DNA of 50,032 bases from an uncultured Clostridia bacterium (GTDB lineage Bacteria; Bacillota; Clostridia; Oscillospirales; Acutalibacteraceae). The first letter of the stretch is position 1; the number at the start of each line of letters is the position of its first letter. A model generated the notes under the pieces. It ran no database searches, was not told where the DNA came from, and saw only the letters and a list, made by a program, of their open reading frames with translations. Positions 19,470-30,430 of the stretch are shown piece after piece. The stretch spans positions 1 through 50,032 of the forward strand of contig CAMHCD010000001.1 in the NCBI GenBank assembly GCA_946183545.1. Reading direction: 5' to 3'. Both the position numbers and the translations under genes were made by a program.

Positions 19470-20683
19470 ACATTTTAATTATCGACGCATATTTCGCTCC
19501 GGAAATCATTGGATTTACTCATTTGGAGCATGACATTTTAGAAGGGCTTATCCACGCCGGACACCGCGTCACTGTGGTGTGTCCTACCCCTTCCCGCGGT
19601 ATTCCGAAGGAAACCGCCAAAAAATATAAATCTATCAGGCACGAAACCATAGACGGCGTTGAGGTGTACCGCTATTGGGCGCCGATCGAAGGAAGAAACC
19701 CCATTATCAGGGCGTTCAGATACTTTTGGTGCAACATGAGAGGCAACCGGGTTGGCAGACGGTTCCGCGACACGGACGTTATTTTTGCCGTAAGCACACC
19801 GCCCACACAGGGACTGTTTGTCGGCAAGCTTGCAAAAAAACTAAAGGTGCCGTTTGTTTACTCGCTTCAGGATGTTTTTCCGGACTCACTGGTAACAACG
19901 GGCATGACGACAAACAACTCGTGGCTGTACCGTATAGGCGCGCGGGTCGAGAAAAAAACTTATTTGCTGTGCTCAAGCGTTATCGTGCTTTCGCACTCGG
20001 TAGAGCGCAATCTGCTCGACAAGGGCGTGCCTCAAAGCAAGCTGCTGACCGTCAGCAACTGGATAGACGCCGAAGAAGTGCACCCTGTTCCCAAAGAGGA
20101 CAACCGTTTATTTGAGGAATTTGACATTGACCGCGGCAAATTTAATGTTGTGTACGCCGGCAACTTCGGCGCTTCACAGGGTGCAGGTGTTATTTTGGAG
20201 GCAGCAAAGCTGCTCAAAGACGACGACAGCATCCGTTTTGTTATTTTCGGCGGCGGCGCTGAGTTTGAGCAGGCTAAAGAAATCGTACACCAAGAGCAGC
20301 TGCAAAATGTGATCATTAATCCGCTGCTGCCGATGGATCGCGTGTCCGAGGTCTACAGCCTGGGTGACGTATCTATCATCACCTGCAAAAAAGGAGTCGG
20401 CGGCATAGCCATGCCCAGCAAGCTGTGGAGCATTATGGCGTGCGGCACACCTATCATAGCCGCGTTTGACACAGACAGTGAGCTCGCGGACGTGCTCAAA
20501 GCGTCGGGCGCGGGCGTTTGCATAGAGCCGGAGGATCCTAAACAGTTAGCCGACGCTATCAAAAAGCACAGCCGCCGTCAGTCCGGCAAAACAAACAGCA
20601 GAGAGTATGTCAAAAACAACGCAGATAAGCTTATTTGCAGTCAGCGGTATGTTTCATGTATCGAAGCTGCCGCAGATAAATAA
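19466..20683 (+). CDS. Glycosyltransferase family 4 (WbuB/Cap5L-like)
   Basis: STPP, LQDVFPDS, YAGNFGASQG, MPSKLWSIMACGTPII. Confidence 0.88.
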   Translation: MNILIIDAYFAPEIIGFTHLEHDILEGLIHAGHRVTVVCPTPSRGIPKETAKKYKSIRHETIDGVEVYRYWAPIEGRNPIIRAFRYFWCNMRGNRVGRRFRDTDVIFAVSTPPTQGLFVGKLAKKLKVPFVYSLQDVFPDSLVTTGMTTNNSWLYRIGARVEKKTYLLCSSVIVLSHSVERNLLDKGVPQSKLLTVSNWIDAEEVHPVPKEDNRLFEEFDIDRGKFNVVYAGNFGASQGAGVILEAAKLLKDDDSIRFVIFGGGAEFEQAKEIVHQEQLQNVIINPLLPMDRVSEVYSLGDVSIITCKKGVGGIAMPSKLWSIMACGTPIIAAFDTDSELADVLKASGAGVCIEPEDPKQLADAIKKHSRRQSGKTNSREYVKNNADKLICSQRYVSCIEAAADK

Positions 20684-20740
20684 CCGCACATAAAACACCC
20701 TGCCAAGGCAGACATCTATCCGCAGGAAGGTGAACAAGCC

Positions 20741-21886
20741 ATGAAAATAGCTCACTTGTGTTTAGCCAATTTCTATTCAGACGGTTTTTCTTATCAGGAA
20801 AACGAGATAACCAAGTTTCATAAGGCATTGGGTCACGAAGTCGCGATCATCGCTTCAACCGACTGCTTTGATAAAAGCGGCACGTTTACCACTTATACCG
20901 GAGAGCCGTTCTACAATAATGAACACGGCATCCCCGTAACAAGGCTGCAATACAAAAATCCGAGCCGTGTATACAGAAAGCTGCGGCGCTATCAGGGCTT
21001 GACTCAGGCGCTCGAAGGATTTCAAGCCGATATTTTGTTTATTCACGGCTGTCAGTTCCTTGACGCCTCAACAGTTGTTAAATACATTAAAAAGCACCCT
21101 AATGTAACGGTATTTGTAGACAACCATGCGGACTACAACAACAGCGCGCATGGATTTTTGTCCAAAAAGATTTTGCACGGGGTGATTTGGAAGCACGCTG
21201 CCCACAAGCTTATCCCCTACACAAAACGGTTTTACGGCGTTTTGCCGGCGCGTGTGGACTTTTTGCAGGATGCCTACGGTATACCGGCAAAGCAATGCGC
21301 TCTGCTCGTGATGGGTGCGGATGACAATATAGTCGCCGCTGCCCGTGAACCGCAGGTCAGGGAGCAGCGCCGCCGTGAATACGGCTTTGGCGACGACGAT
21401 ATAGTTATTGTAACGGGCGGAAAGATCGACCACAACAAGCCTCAGGTATTAAAGCTGATGAAGGCTGTAAGGAATTATCCCGACAGCCGCGTAAAGCTTG
21501 CCGTATTCGGCAGCGTTATGCCAAAGCTAAAGGAAGAATTTGACAGCTATCTTGACGACCGGATAGTTTATATCGGATGGCGCGCTCCGTCAGACATTTA
21601 CACCGACTTTGCCGCCGCCGATCTGGTCGCTTTTCCCGGACTTCACTCCGTACTTTGGGAGGAGGCTGTCGGCATGGGCAAGCCGTGCGTATTTAAAAGG
21701 ATCGAAGGCTGTAACCATATCGACCTGAACGGCAACTGTCTGTTCTTTGAAAACGACACTGAAAACGAGTATCAAGAGGTCATTCGTACCGCTCTTGATA
21801 ACTTGCAGGCAATGCGGCTTGTGGCAGAGAAAAAGGGCTTGGAAACCTTTTCGTATAAAGCAATAGCAAAACGCTCGATCGAATGA
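20741..21886 (+). CDS. Glycosyltransferase family 4
   Basis: GT-B features: TGGKIDHNK, ADLVAFPGLHSVLWEEAVGMGKP. Confidence 0.82.
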   Translation: MKIAHLCLANFYSDGFSYQENEITKFHKALGHEVAIIASTDCFDKSGTFTTYTGEPFYNNEHGIPVTRLQYKNPSRVYRKLRRYQGLTQALEGFQADILFIHGCQFLDASTVVKYIKKHPNVTVFVDNHADYNNSAHGFLSKKILHGVIWKHAAHKLIPYTKRFYGVLPARVDFLQDAYGIPAKQCALLVMGADDNIVAAAREPQVREQRRREYGFGDDDIVIVTGGKIDHNKPQVLKLMKAVRNYPDSRVKLAVFGSVMPKLKEEFDSYLDDRIVYIGWRAPSDIYTDFAAADLVAFPGLHSVLWEEAVGMGKPCVFKRIEGCNHIDLNGNCLFFENDTENEYQEVIRTALDNLQAMRLVAEKKGLETFSYKAIAKRSIE

Positions 21887-21905
21887 CCGCATCAGGAGGA
21901 CAAAC

Positions 21906-22664
21906 ATGGAAAACACACCGCGCGTGATCATCAACGCCGATGACTACGGACTAAACGAGCATTGCTCAAAGGCGATAGCGCAGGCGTTCGCCGAGGGGCT
22001 GATAACCGACACCACAATGATGGCAACGGGCGAGTATTTTGACCCGGCGGTAACGCTGGCTAAGGAGCAGGGCTTTTTCAGTCAAATCGGTATCCATCTA
22101 AACCTGACCGAGGGTAAACCGCTGACCAAGGACATCTTGCAGTTTCCGTCCCTGACCGAAAACGGCGTTTTCTGCCGCAAAAATACACGAAACCAAAAGC
22201 TTTCCAAGGAGGAACAGGACGCTGTTTACCAAGAGCTCTCCGCTCAGATAAAGCGTCTGGAGGATGCCGGCATCACCATTACCCACGCAGACTCCCACCA
22301 CCATATCCATACCGATATATATATCGCGCCCATTGCGCATCGCGTGTGCAAGGAGCACGGGATCACAAAGCTCCGCCTGCACCGGAACGTCGGCGCGATA
22401 CCGTTCTATAAAAAAATACTAAAAAACCGTTTTAACAAACAGCTTCGGCGCGAGGGCTTTTGCACCACCGACTACTTTGCCTATCCGATGGATGTGCAGG
22501 GCGCGGATATTCCGGACAACACCGAGATAATGGTGCATCCCGACTACAACGATGACGGAGTGCTGATCGACCGCACCGGCGCGTCATCAGGCGTGCCGAG
22601 CAAGCCGCTGCCCGACTTCCGAGCCGGCAGAAAAATAACACTGAGAGGATATGCGCAACTGTAA
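21906..22664 (+). CDS. YdjC/ChbG family carbohydrate deacetylase
   Basis: IINADDYG, IGIHLNLTEG, THADSHHHIH, EIMVHP. Confidence 0.88.
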   Translation: MENTPRVIINADDYGLNEHCSKAIAQAFAEGLITDTTMMATGEYFDPAVTLAKEQGFFSQIGIHLNLTEGKPLTKDILQFPSLTENGVFCRKNTRNQKLSKEEQDAVYQELSAQIKRLEDAGITITHADSHHHIHTDIYIAPIAHRVCKEHGITKLRLHRNVGAIPFYKKILKNRFNKQLRREGFCTTDYFAYPMDVQGADIPDNTEIMVHPDYNDDGVLIDRTGASSGVPSKPLPDFRAGRKITLRGYAQL

Positions 22665-23839
22665 TGCAGATTCTATACGGATTTTCCAACTGTACGGACA
22701 AAACCTACAACCGCATAATAAGTGAACGCAATAACGCCGCGCTGATGCCGGACCAAAAATATCACGGTCTTATGATAAAGGGACTGGCGGAAAACGGAGC
22801 GCAGGTCAAATGCATTTCCGGCTTGCCCGTTAACCGCGCGGTAACGGCACGCAAGCTTGTACGTGAGCCCGACGAGCAGGAGGGCAACGCGCATTATCAC
22901 TATATCACAACGTTCAACTTTCCTGTGCTGCGTCAGCTGATGATACTGTTCGGTACCCTTTTCAGCGTGCTTAAAACAAAAAAGACAGCGGACACCTATG
23001 CTATATACGACTGCCTTAACCTTGCCAACGCCTACGGAATGGCGCTGGGCTGCAGGCTGAAAAAAATCCCCGCCGTAACCATCGTGACCGACCTGCCCGA
23101 CATGGAGCGGCAGAGCGGCACTGCAAAAAACGTTAACAACCGTTTGTTCAACAAAGCCGACGGCTTTATACTGCTGACCGAGCAGATGAACGGACGCGTC
23201 AACCACCGCGGCATGCCTCATATCGTGCTGGAGGGTCATGTGGACAGCCACGCTCCGGCTCCCGAAGAGGTGCCGACGTATGAGGAGACCGAAGGGCTGA
23301 AAACCATTTTGTACGCCGGCAGTCTGAAAAAGATCTACGGCATCCGCGCGCTTACGGAGGGCTTTATTCAAGCCGCTGTTCCCGGGTCGCGGCTGCACAT
23401 TTACGGCGAAGGCGACTTCCGTAAGGAGCTGGAAGAGCTGTGTAAAAACTACGACAACGTCTGCTATTTAGGCGTAAAAAAGAACAGCGAGATCGTTGCA
23501 GAGGAGCAAAAAGCCTCGCTGCTCGTCAATCCGCGTCCGTCCGCTCCCGAGTACACCAAATACTCCTTCCCTTCCAAAAACATGGAGTACATGGTTTCAG
23601 GCACTCCGCTGCTCACAACGCATCTTCCGGGTATGCCCGACGAATATATTCCCTATGTAAGCCTGATCGAGGAGGAAAACGCCGAGGGGATCGCAAAAGC
23701 TTTGAAGCTCTTCTTCTCCGCTTCGTTAAGCGAACGCCGTGAAAAAGGCAGGGCTGCAAGGGAGTTTGTACTTAAAAACAAATCCAACACTGTGCAGGCA
23801 AAGAAAATTCTCGACTTTTTGTCTGCGCAAGTCAAATAA
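22664..23839 (+). CDS. Glycosyltransferase family 4
   Basis: LYAGSL, LVNPR, YSFPSKNMEYMVSGTP. Confidence 0.85.
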   Translation: MQILYGFSNCTDKTYNRIISERNNAALMPDQKYHGLMIKGLAENGAQVKCISGLPVNRAVTARKLVREPDEQEGNAHYHYITTFNFPVLRQLMILFGTLFSVLKTKKTADTYAIYDCLNLANAYGMALGCRLKKIPAVTIVTDLPDMERQSGTAKNVNNRLFNKADGFILLTEQMNGRVNHRGMPHIVLEGHVDSHAPAPEEVPTYEETEGLKTILYAGSLKKIYGIRALTEGFIQAAVPGSRLHIYGEGDFRKELEELCKNYDNVCYLGVKKNSEIVAEEQKASLLVNPRPSAPEYTKYSFPSKNMEYMVSGTPLLTTHLPGMPDEYIPYVSLIEEENAEGIAKALKLFFSASLSERREKGRAAREFVLKNKSNTVQAKKILDFLSAQVK

Positions 23840-23844
23840 ATCAA

Positions 23845-25146
23845 ATGGGAAATAAAGTTTTAGAATCACTTAAAAAGTTCATCAAACGTCTGAACGTAAA
23901 AAAGCTGACCGTCATCTTTATCCTGATGTATACCATCGTGCCGATAGTATCCAGAGCCTTCAGCACCTATCTTTCCACTTACATATACATGGGTATCGTG
24001 CTTATTACGGTGCTGTATTCGCTGGTCACCTGCCATCTGCGAGATATCAAAACTCTGGTTTTTTCGCTGATACCGTTTATTTTTTACGAAATGCTCGATC
24101 TGCTTTTTGTCAAGGGAACGGAGGATATCCTTTTGTCGGGATATCAGGTGCTCCTGTTTTTGATGCCGCTTTTTATGGGCTTCAACATGATGAACAATCA
24201 CGCCGATTATGACCTGTATACGGCGGTGCTCGTGCTGTCATTTGTCATTACCGCTATCACCACTATCATCGGCTGTATCAACAATCCCAACGCCGCGCGA
24301 ATTTTGGCGACGACCTCAAACTCGCAGGATCCCGTTGCCATCGCTCTTGACTGGCAAAATGTCGGCGGCTTTTTCTTTTCTTACTTTGCGGTACTGATGT
24401 ACCCGCTTGCCATAATCGCGGCAAAGACAAAACGCATCCGCTTTATCTTTGGGATCGGCGCCGCTGTTCTGGCTATTTCGCTTGCGATCAACACAGCCTA
24501 CACTATGGCGCTGATGACCGTGATGTTCTCCTCCGTTCTTTTCTTCGTACCGGCTAACATTCCGCCCAAGCGCTTTGCCCTGCTGTTCGGCGGCGGACTG
24601 CTGATGATGGTTGCGCTGGCTCCGCTTATGGTAAACTTTTTGGGCTTTGTCGGCGAGATGATCGGCAACGAGGAAATGTCCACCAAAATGACCGCCGTAT
24701 TCAGCGGTGCGGACGCCGTCAACGATTTGGAGGACAACCGCATGGAGCTGTACATGACCTCCCTGACCACCTTTATACAAAACCCCATTCTGGGAACCTT
24801 CCTTTCCGGCAAAATGCGCGTAGGCGGACACTCCATGATATTTGACACGCTGGCGCGCTTTGGATTGCTGGGCGCCGGACTGATGTTTATGATGTACCGC
24901 GCGATCTTCAAAAACTTTTGCAGACCTTTCCGCGACAAGCCTGCCTACAGCTTTGTTATTTGGGCATTCGCGCAGTGTATCGTCATGTCCGCACTCAACA
25001 CGGGCATGTGGCTTGACTATTTATGCGTTTGCATGCCCATCGTGCTGTGTACCATATACCGCACGGACGGCAACGAACGTCCGGAAGGCGCGCTTGCGCC
25101 GCAACTGAACCTCAACTTATTCGACAAAAAGGAAACCACATCATGA
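23845..25146 (+). CDS. Polytopic membrane protein, Wzy polymerase / O-antigen ligase / O-oligosaccharyltransferase-like
   Basis: About 11-12 hydrophobic segments; late loop R.ELY...F..NPILG...GGHS.IFDTLARFGLLG resembles the Wzy_C His motif; lies among GT genes. Confidence 0.68.
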   Translation: MGNKVLESLKKFIKRLNVKKLTVIFILMYTIVPIVSRAFSTYLSTYIYMGIVLITVLYSLVTCHLRDIKTLVFSLIPFIFYEMLDLLFVKGTEDILLSGYQVLLFLMPLFMGFNMMNNHADYDLYTAVLVLSFVITAITTIIGCINNPNAARILATTSNSQDPVAIALDWQNVGGFFFSYFAVLMYPLAIIAAKTKRIRFIFGIGAAVLAISLAINTAYTMALMTVMFSSVLFFVPANIPPKRFALLFGGGLLMMVALAPLMVNFLGFVGEMIGNEEMSTKMTAVFSGADAVNDLEDNRMELYMTSLTTFIQNPILGTFLSGKMRVGGHSMIFDTLARFGLLGAGLMFMMYRAIFKNFCRPFRDKPAYSFVIWAFAQCIVMSALNTGMWLDYLCVCMPIVLCTIYRTDGNERPEGALAPQLNLNLFDKKETTS

Positions 25147-26336
25147 AACTGCTATTTATATGTCCCGCTACCGTTAAAAACGGCATGCTGCACTGTCCGA
25201 GCTGGACAAAAAGCATTGTCACCTTTTTGGACGCAACCTATGTTTTTGTCACAAGACACGTTACGGAGCCGACCGACGCTTCTGTCGGCAGCAAAACCGT
25301 CCGGGTCTATCCTCTGACGCAGTTAGGCGACCTGACCGGTGACGTCGATCTGGTGGTCATATTCGGTACAGAAAACTCCTACTCCTGGTATGCCCTTCAA
25401 ACGTGCGAGGATAAAAACGCTCTGAACAAAACCGTTATGTTTTTGCAGGGTATCAGCCGCGCGTGTTATGAACACTACACAGACGGAGTCCCCGAAAAAA
25501 TCGTCAACAGATGGTTGTTCCGCGACCTGTTGCGAAAACAGAATATTGCCGCGGAAAAGCAGGCGGTAAAGGAACGCGCGGAAAAAGAAGAACGCGCGGT
25601 AATGCTCAGCCGTTACTTTATCGGAAGAACCTCCGCCGACCGTTCTATCGTAGAGCTGTACCACCCTGACGCGCGTTACTTCAAATGCGGAGACATCCTG
25701 CGCGACTGTTTTTATACCGGACAGTGGAGCGCGGACAACTGCGAACGGCACCGCATTTTTATTTGCCAGTACTACTACCCCATCAAGGGCTTCCATTTTA
25801 TGTTGGAAGCAGCACAGCGGTTAGTACCGCGCTACCCCGATTTAAAAATCGCGGTTTCCGGCTATAATCCCGTTCAAAAATCACTGACTCAAAAAGAGCT
25901 AAAGGACAGCTCTTATATCCGCTACATAAAATCCCTTGTAAAGCAGTACGGACTGGAGCAGCACATAGAGCTGCTCGGCGAGCTCAACGAGGAGGATATG
26001 AAGCGCGAATACTTAAAGGCGCATGTATATGTGCTGCCCTCCACAATTGAGAATTCCCCGAATTCGCTGGCGGAAGCCATGATGCTGGGCGTGCCGTCGA
26101 TCGCCTCCGACGTTGGCGGTATACGCGATCTGGCAACGTCGCCCGACGAGGTGCTGCTGTATCCGTCCTCCGACACGGCTCAGCTTGCACAGTATATAGA
26201 TAATGTATTCAGCGACCCGTCTCTTGCCGCAAAGCTAAGCGAAAAAGGCAGAATAAGAGCGCGTCGGGAATATGACATAAAAAGCAATATCGCGGCACTG
26301 CAGGATGCGTTCAGTCAAATTGCCGCGCAGAAATGA
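25143..26336 (+). CDS. Glycosyltransferase family 4
   Basis: PIKGFH, YVLPSTIENSPNSLAEAMMLGVPSIASDVGG; ATGA-coupled start at 25143. Confidence 0.87.
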   Translation: MKLLFICPATVKNGMLHCPSWTKSIVTFLDATYVFVTRHVTEPTDASVGSKTVRVYPLTQLGDLTGDVDLVVIFGTENSYSWYALQTCEDKNALNKTVMFLQGISRACYEHYTDGVPEKIVNRWLFRDLLRKQNIAAEKQAVKERAEKEERAVMLSRYFIGRTSADRSIVELYHPDARYFKCGDILRDCFYTGQWSADNCERHRIFICQYYYPIKGFHFMLEAAQRLVPRYPDLKIAVSGYNPVQKSLTQKELKDSSYIRYIKSLVKQYGLEQHIELLGELNEEDMKREYLKAHVYVLPSTIENSPNSLAEAMMLGVPSIASDVGGIRDLATSPDEVLLYPSSDTAQLAQYIDNVFSDPSLAAKLSEKGRIRARREYDIKSNIAALQDAFSQIAAQK

Positions 26337-26345
26337 GTTGACGCC

Positions 26346-27254
26346 ATGAACGCACCTATTATTGTATTTGCATATAACCGTCCTAAGCATTTGCTAAAGA
26401 CCCTTACCGCGCTTGCAGGCAACAAAGGAGCGCAGGGATCCGAGCTGTATCTGTTTATCGACGGTCCCAAAACCGAAGATGGACGCGCGCTTCAAAATGA
26501 GGTAAAGGCGGTAGCCGAGAGCTTTAAAAACCGCTTTGCGTCCTTTCGTCTGACTGTATCTCAAAAAAACAAGGGCTTGGCAGCGTCTGTTATCGGCGGC
26601 GTCACCGAGGTGATCCGCAAACACGGCAAAGTTATTGTCGTTGAGGACGACGCGGTCGCTAACGAGGGCTTTTTGAGCTTTATGAACGAGGCTTTGGACT
26701 TTTATCAAAACGACAAAACCGTATGGTCGGTCGGCGGATATACAGTACCACTGCAGTTGCCTAAGGACTACAGCTGCGACGTTATCAAAACCCAGCGCAG
26801 CAGCAGCTACGCATGGGCGACCTGGCAGGATCGCTGGGAAAGAGTGGACTGGGATGTTTCCGATCACTCCGCTTTCCGCCGCAGCATGTCGCTCAGACGA
26901 GGCTTTAACCGCTGGGGCAACGACCGCTCCGGTATGCTTGACGACCAAATGGCAGGCAAGATAAACTCCTGGGCGATCCGCTTTGACTACGCCATGTACC
27001 GCAACGGCATGTACAATATCGTACCCGTCCGTTCGCTTATCCAAAGCATAGGTCACGACGGCAGCGGTACAAACAATCAGGCGCTGTCTGACGAACAGAA
27101 TCCGTTTTACATTAAATCCGACAACACGGCAGAGCTGCATCCTATGCAGGCTGAGCCAGATGAACGCATACGCAGGGAATTTTGCAAGCCGTTTGACCTG
27201 CCGCCGCATTACCGCGCCAAACAATATTTACTCCACACGCTTCACAAGAGGTGA
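26346..27254 (+). CDS. GT-A fold glycosyltransferase (GT2-like)
   Basis: APIIVFAYNRP, FIDGPK, NKGLA.SVI.GV, IVVEDD, WATW.DRW, IGHDGSG. Confidence 0.85.
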   Translation: MNAPIIVFAYNRPKHLLKTLTALAGNKGAQGSELYLFIDGPKTEDGRALQNEVKAVAESFKNRFASFRLTVSQKNKGLAASVIGGVTEVIRKHGKVIVVEDDAVANEGFLSFMNEALDFYQNDKTVWSVGGYTVPLQLPKDYSCDVIKTQRSSSYAWATWQDRWERVDWDVSDHSAFRRSMSLRRGFNRWGNDRSGMLDDQMAGKINSWAIRFDYAMYRNGMYNIVPVRSLIQSIGHDGSGTNNQALSDEQNPFYIKSDNTAELHPMQAEPDERIRREFCKPFDLPPHYRAKQYLLHTLHKR

Positions 27255-27259
27255 GCGCT

Positions 27260-28252
27260 ATGAAACAACCCTTTTTTTCCATCATCGTTCCCGTATACAA
27301 CGCCAAGCAGTATTTGGATGAGTGTATCGGCAGCGTCCTGAACCAGACCTTCGACAATTGGGAAATACTCATTATTGACGACGGTTCCACAGACGGCAGC
27401 GACAAGCTGTGCGACTCTTACGCAGAAGCACATGACAATATCACGGTTGTCCACAAGGAAAACGGCGGACTGTCATCCGCGCGTAACTGCGGCATACAAA
27501 AGGCAACGGGCGAATACCTGCTGCTTTTGGACAGCGACGACGCGCTGAAAGGCAACGACGCGCTGGAGCAGATCGAAAGCGCGGTACGCGAAGCGCTTCC
27601 CGACCTCTTCTGCTTTTTGCCCGTTGAGTACGATGCGGAATTGAAGGAAACCGTTATCGTCCATCCGCGCGGCTCATGGGAGGAAAACACCGTTCACCGC
27701 GGCAGGGATTTTATCGACTCCCTTTACCAAACGAACGGCATTTGGGTCACAAAGGCGCAGACCAAGATGATCCGCCGCAGCTTTTGCACCGAACACGAGC
27801 TATTCTTTTACGAGGGCATTTACCACGAGGACGACGAATGGCTTGCGCGGGTTTTCCTGAGCGAACCGGCTGTGATGCTGTCTTACGGTACGTTTTATGC
27901 CTACCGCCACACGGCAGGCTCCATTATCCGCACCAAGGACACCGAAAAAATCATGAAGAAAAAACGCGACCGCGTGATCGTAGCGTACGAAATGCTGATG
28001 AATCCCAACGCCAAGCATTATCCGCATTTTGTCGGCTACGCCTCCAACTACCTGATCATCAACATTTTTTCCGTCGGCAAGATCGAGCAGGCGGACAAGG
28101 ACGCGTTTTTAACCTATATAAAACCATACGAGAAATGCTATAAAAAAATGCTGTATGCCCGCGACCCCAAAACCGTTTCCAAGGCGCTGATGCTGATGCT
28201 GATGGGCACCAAACGGTTTATGGCGTTTTATGAAAGGAAAAACAATGCCTAA
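27260..28252 (+). CDS. Glycosyltransferase family 2
   Basis: SIIVPVYN, IIDDGSTD, NGGLSSARN, LDSDD, HEDD; ATG 27260 after GAGGTGA. Confidence 0.9.
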   Translation: MKQPFFSIIVPVYNAKQYLDECIGSVLNQTFDNWEILIIDDGSTDGSDKLCDSYAEAHDNITVVHKENGGLSSARNCGIQKATGEYLLLLDSDDALKGNDALEQIESAVREALPDLFCFLPVEYDAELKETVIVHPRGSWEENTVHRGRDFIDSLYQTNGIWVTKAQTKMIRRSFCTEHELFFYEGIYHEDDEWLARVFLSEPAVMLSYGTFYAYRHTAGSIIRTKDTEKIMKKKRDRVIVAYEMLMNPNAKHYPHFVGYASNYLIINIFSVGKIEQADKDAFLTYIKPYEKCYKKMLYARDPKTVSKALMLMLMGTKRFMAFYERKNNA

Positions 28253-29300
28253 GTTTTCTGTTATTTCGCCCGTATACAACACGGCGCCGTTTTTAGACCG
28301 CTTTATTCGGTCGATGCAGGCGCAGACATACGGCGACTTTGAATTGATATTGATCGACGACGGCTCCAAGGACGACAGTCTGAGTATCTGCGAGCGGTAC
28401 GCCGCAGACGACTGCCGCATCAAGGTGCACACCCAGCCCAACAGCGGCGCAGGAGCCGCGCGCAACAACGGCATCTCCAAGGCGGAGGGCGAATTTTTGC
28501 TGTTTTATGATTCGGACGACTGGGTCGATGAAACAGCCCTTGCCGTTTTGGAAGCGCTGTTAAACAAAACAAATGTAGATTTACTGGTATACGGCGCGCA
28601 GGAGATACGCATAACCGGCGATAAGGAAGAAAAGCACGGCGAACGGATTCCGCCGGCAGCGGCATGTCAAACCGCCGCCGATTGCCGCAAGCAATATCAC
28701 GGACTGGTATCCTCCGCCGTACTCAATCCGCCGTGGAACAAGGTATACCGCAATTCGCTGATCAAGAAAAACAACCTTTCCTTCCCCGACACACGGCGTT
28801 CGCAGGACGCGCTGTTCAACATGGCGTATTTCCGCTGTATCAACTCGATGTACTCCATACAGGACGCGCTCTATTATTACCGCGAAAACGATCAAAAAAA
28901 AGTGTGGATGAAGTTTCCGCAGAACATCTGGGAGATCGACATCCTTTATAATACGACGCTGGAACAGGACTACCGCGACTACGGCATTTACGAGGGCGCG
29001 GCGCGCGAGTATATTGACCGCTGGTTCTATATGGCGATCCTGCGCGACGCAAGCTTTTGCCGCAATCCGCGCTGGAATTTTTCCGGCAAGCAGAAGCACG
29101 ACTACATTAACCAAATCCTTGAGGCACCGTATAACCAACAGCGCGCCGAAACCGCAGTGGCGCAAACCAAGCTGACGCAGGGAATCAGGGAGTGTATCCT
29201 CACCAAAAACTCCAAACGGCTGATGCGGCTGTTTTACAAGGATCACTATTGGAACAGCTTTTACGATTTTTACTGCCGTAAGATCAAGAGGCGATCATGA
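28245..29300 (+). CDS. Glycosyltransferase family 2
   Basis: SVISPVYN, IDDGSKD, NSGAGAARN, YDSDDW, PWNKVYR; ATG 28245 after GAAAGGA. Confidence 0.9.
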   Translation: MPKFSVISPVYNTAPFLDRFIRSMQAQTYGDFELILIDDGSKDDSLSICERYAADDCRIKVHTQPNSGAGAARNNGISKAEGEFLLFYDSDDWVDETALAVLEALLNKTNVDLLVYGAQEIRITGDKEEKHGERIPPAAACQTAADCRKQYHGLVSSAVLNPPWNKVYRNSLIKKNNLSFPDTRRSQDALFNMAYFRCINSMYSIQDALYYYRENDQKKVWMKFPQNIWEIDILYNTTLEQDYRDYGIYEGAAREYIDRWFYMAILRDASFCRNPRWNFSGKQKHDYINQILEAPYNQQRAETAVAQTKLTQGIRECILTKNSKRLMRLFYKDHYWNSFYDFYCRKIKRRS

Positions 29301-30430
29301 AAAAAATACTCTTCATTTTACCGTCGCTCAGAACGGGAGGACTGGAGCGCGTACAAATCACCATTGCCAACGCGTTGGCGCAGCGCGGTCATGATGTGAC
29401 CGTCATGATCTTTAATCCCGACTTCTCCCTGCAAAATGAGCTGAACGACAAGGTACACTTTATTTACAAGCCGCCAAAAAAGCATATCGGGCAAAAAATC
29501 CCCTATATTCGCCATGTGAAGTACGACGCAGGCTTGTGGGAGACCCGCGCCTCTGCCAAGGCGCTGTATGACTACTACGTCGGCAAAGAGCATTATGATG
29601 CGGAGGTAGCGTTTTTCCGCGGCAGATCGGTGAAGATCGTCAGCGGCTCCGGCAATAAAAACGCCAAAAAGGTGGCTTGGGTCCATGCCGATTTTTCAAG
29701 CTGCAAGGGCATAACCGCCAACTTTAATGATTTGGATGAGGTAAAGCAGGCATACGCGGCGTTTGACAAGATCGTTTGTGTTTCGCGCAAGGCGGAACAA
29801 GAATTCCAAAAGAAAATCGGCATTACCGACACGACCGTCACCATCCACAATCCCCTACCCGTTGAGGAAATCCGCAAAAAAGCCGATCTCCCCTGCTCCT
29901 TTACCAAAGAGCGCTTTACCCTTGTATCCGTAGGCAGGATGGAAACCGTAAAGGGATATGACCGTTTGATCGAGGCATGTGCCGCACTGAACAAGCAGGG
30001 CTGCGCATTTGACTTGGTTTTGGTAGGAGATGGCGAGGAGCGCAGTAATTTGACCGCTCTTGCCAAACGCCTGAACGCAGGCAACGTGACCTTTGTCGGG
30101 CAGCAGAACAACCCCTACCCCTTCATGAAGTTAGCTGATCTATACGTTTGCTCATCGCGCTGCGAGGGCTTTAATTTGACCGTAGCGGAAGCGCTGGTGC
30201 TCGGCAAGCCGGTGCTCAGCACGATGTGCGCCGGTCCATGCGAGATTTTGGATAACGGAAAATACGGTATGCTGGTCGAAAACAACACACAGAGTATTAG
30301 GGACGGCATCGCGCGCCTGCTCGACGACCCGCAGGAACTTGAATCTCTGCGCCGGCGAGCATCGGAACGCATCTCGTTTTTTGACGGCGCCCCGATCATT
30401 TCTTCCATTGAGGAGTTGATTATGCAATGA
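29297..30430 (+). CDS. Glycosyltransferase family 4
   Basis: GGLERV, SVGRM..VKGYD, GDGEER, NPYPFM..ADLYVCSSRCEGF..TVAEAL. Confidence 0.9.
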   Translation: MKKILFILPSLRTGGLERVQITIANALAQRGHDVTVMIFNPDFSLQNELNDKVHFIYKPPKKHIGQKIPYIRHVKYDAGLWETRASAKALYDYYVGKEHYDAEVAFFRGRSVKIVSGSGNKNAKKVAWVHADFSSCKGITANFNDLDEVKQAYAAFDKIVCVSRKAEQEFQKKIGITDTTVTIHNPLPVEEIRKKADLPCSFTKERFTLVSVGRMETVKGYDRLIEACAALNKQGCAFDLVLVGDGEERSNLTALAKRLNAGNVTFVGQQNNPYPFMKLADLYVCSSRCEGFNLTVAEALVLGKPVLSTMCAGPCEILDNGKYGMLVENNTQSIRDGIARLLDDPQELESLRRRASERISFFDGAPIISSIEELIMQ

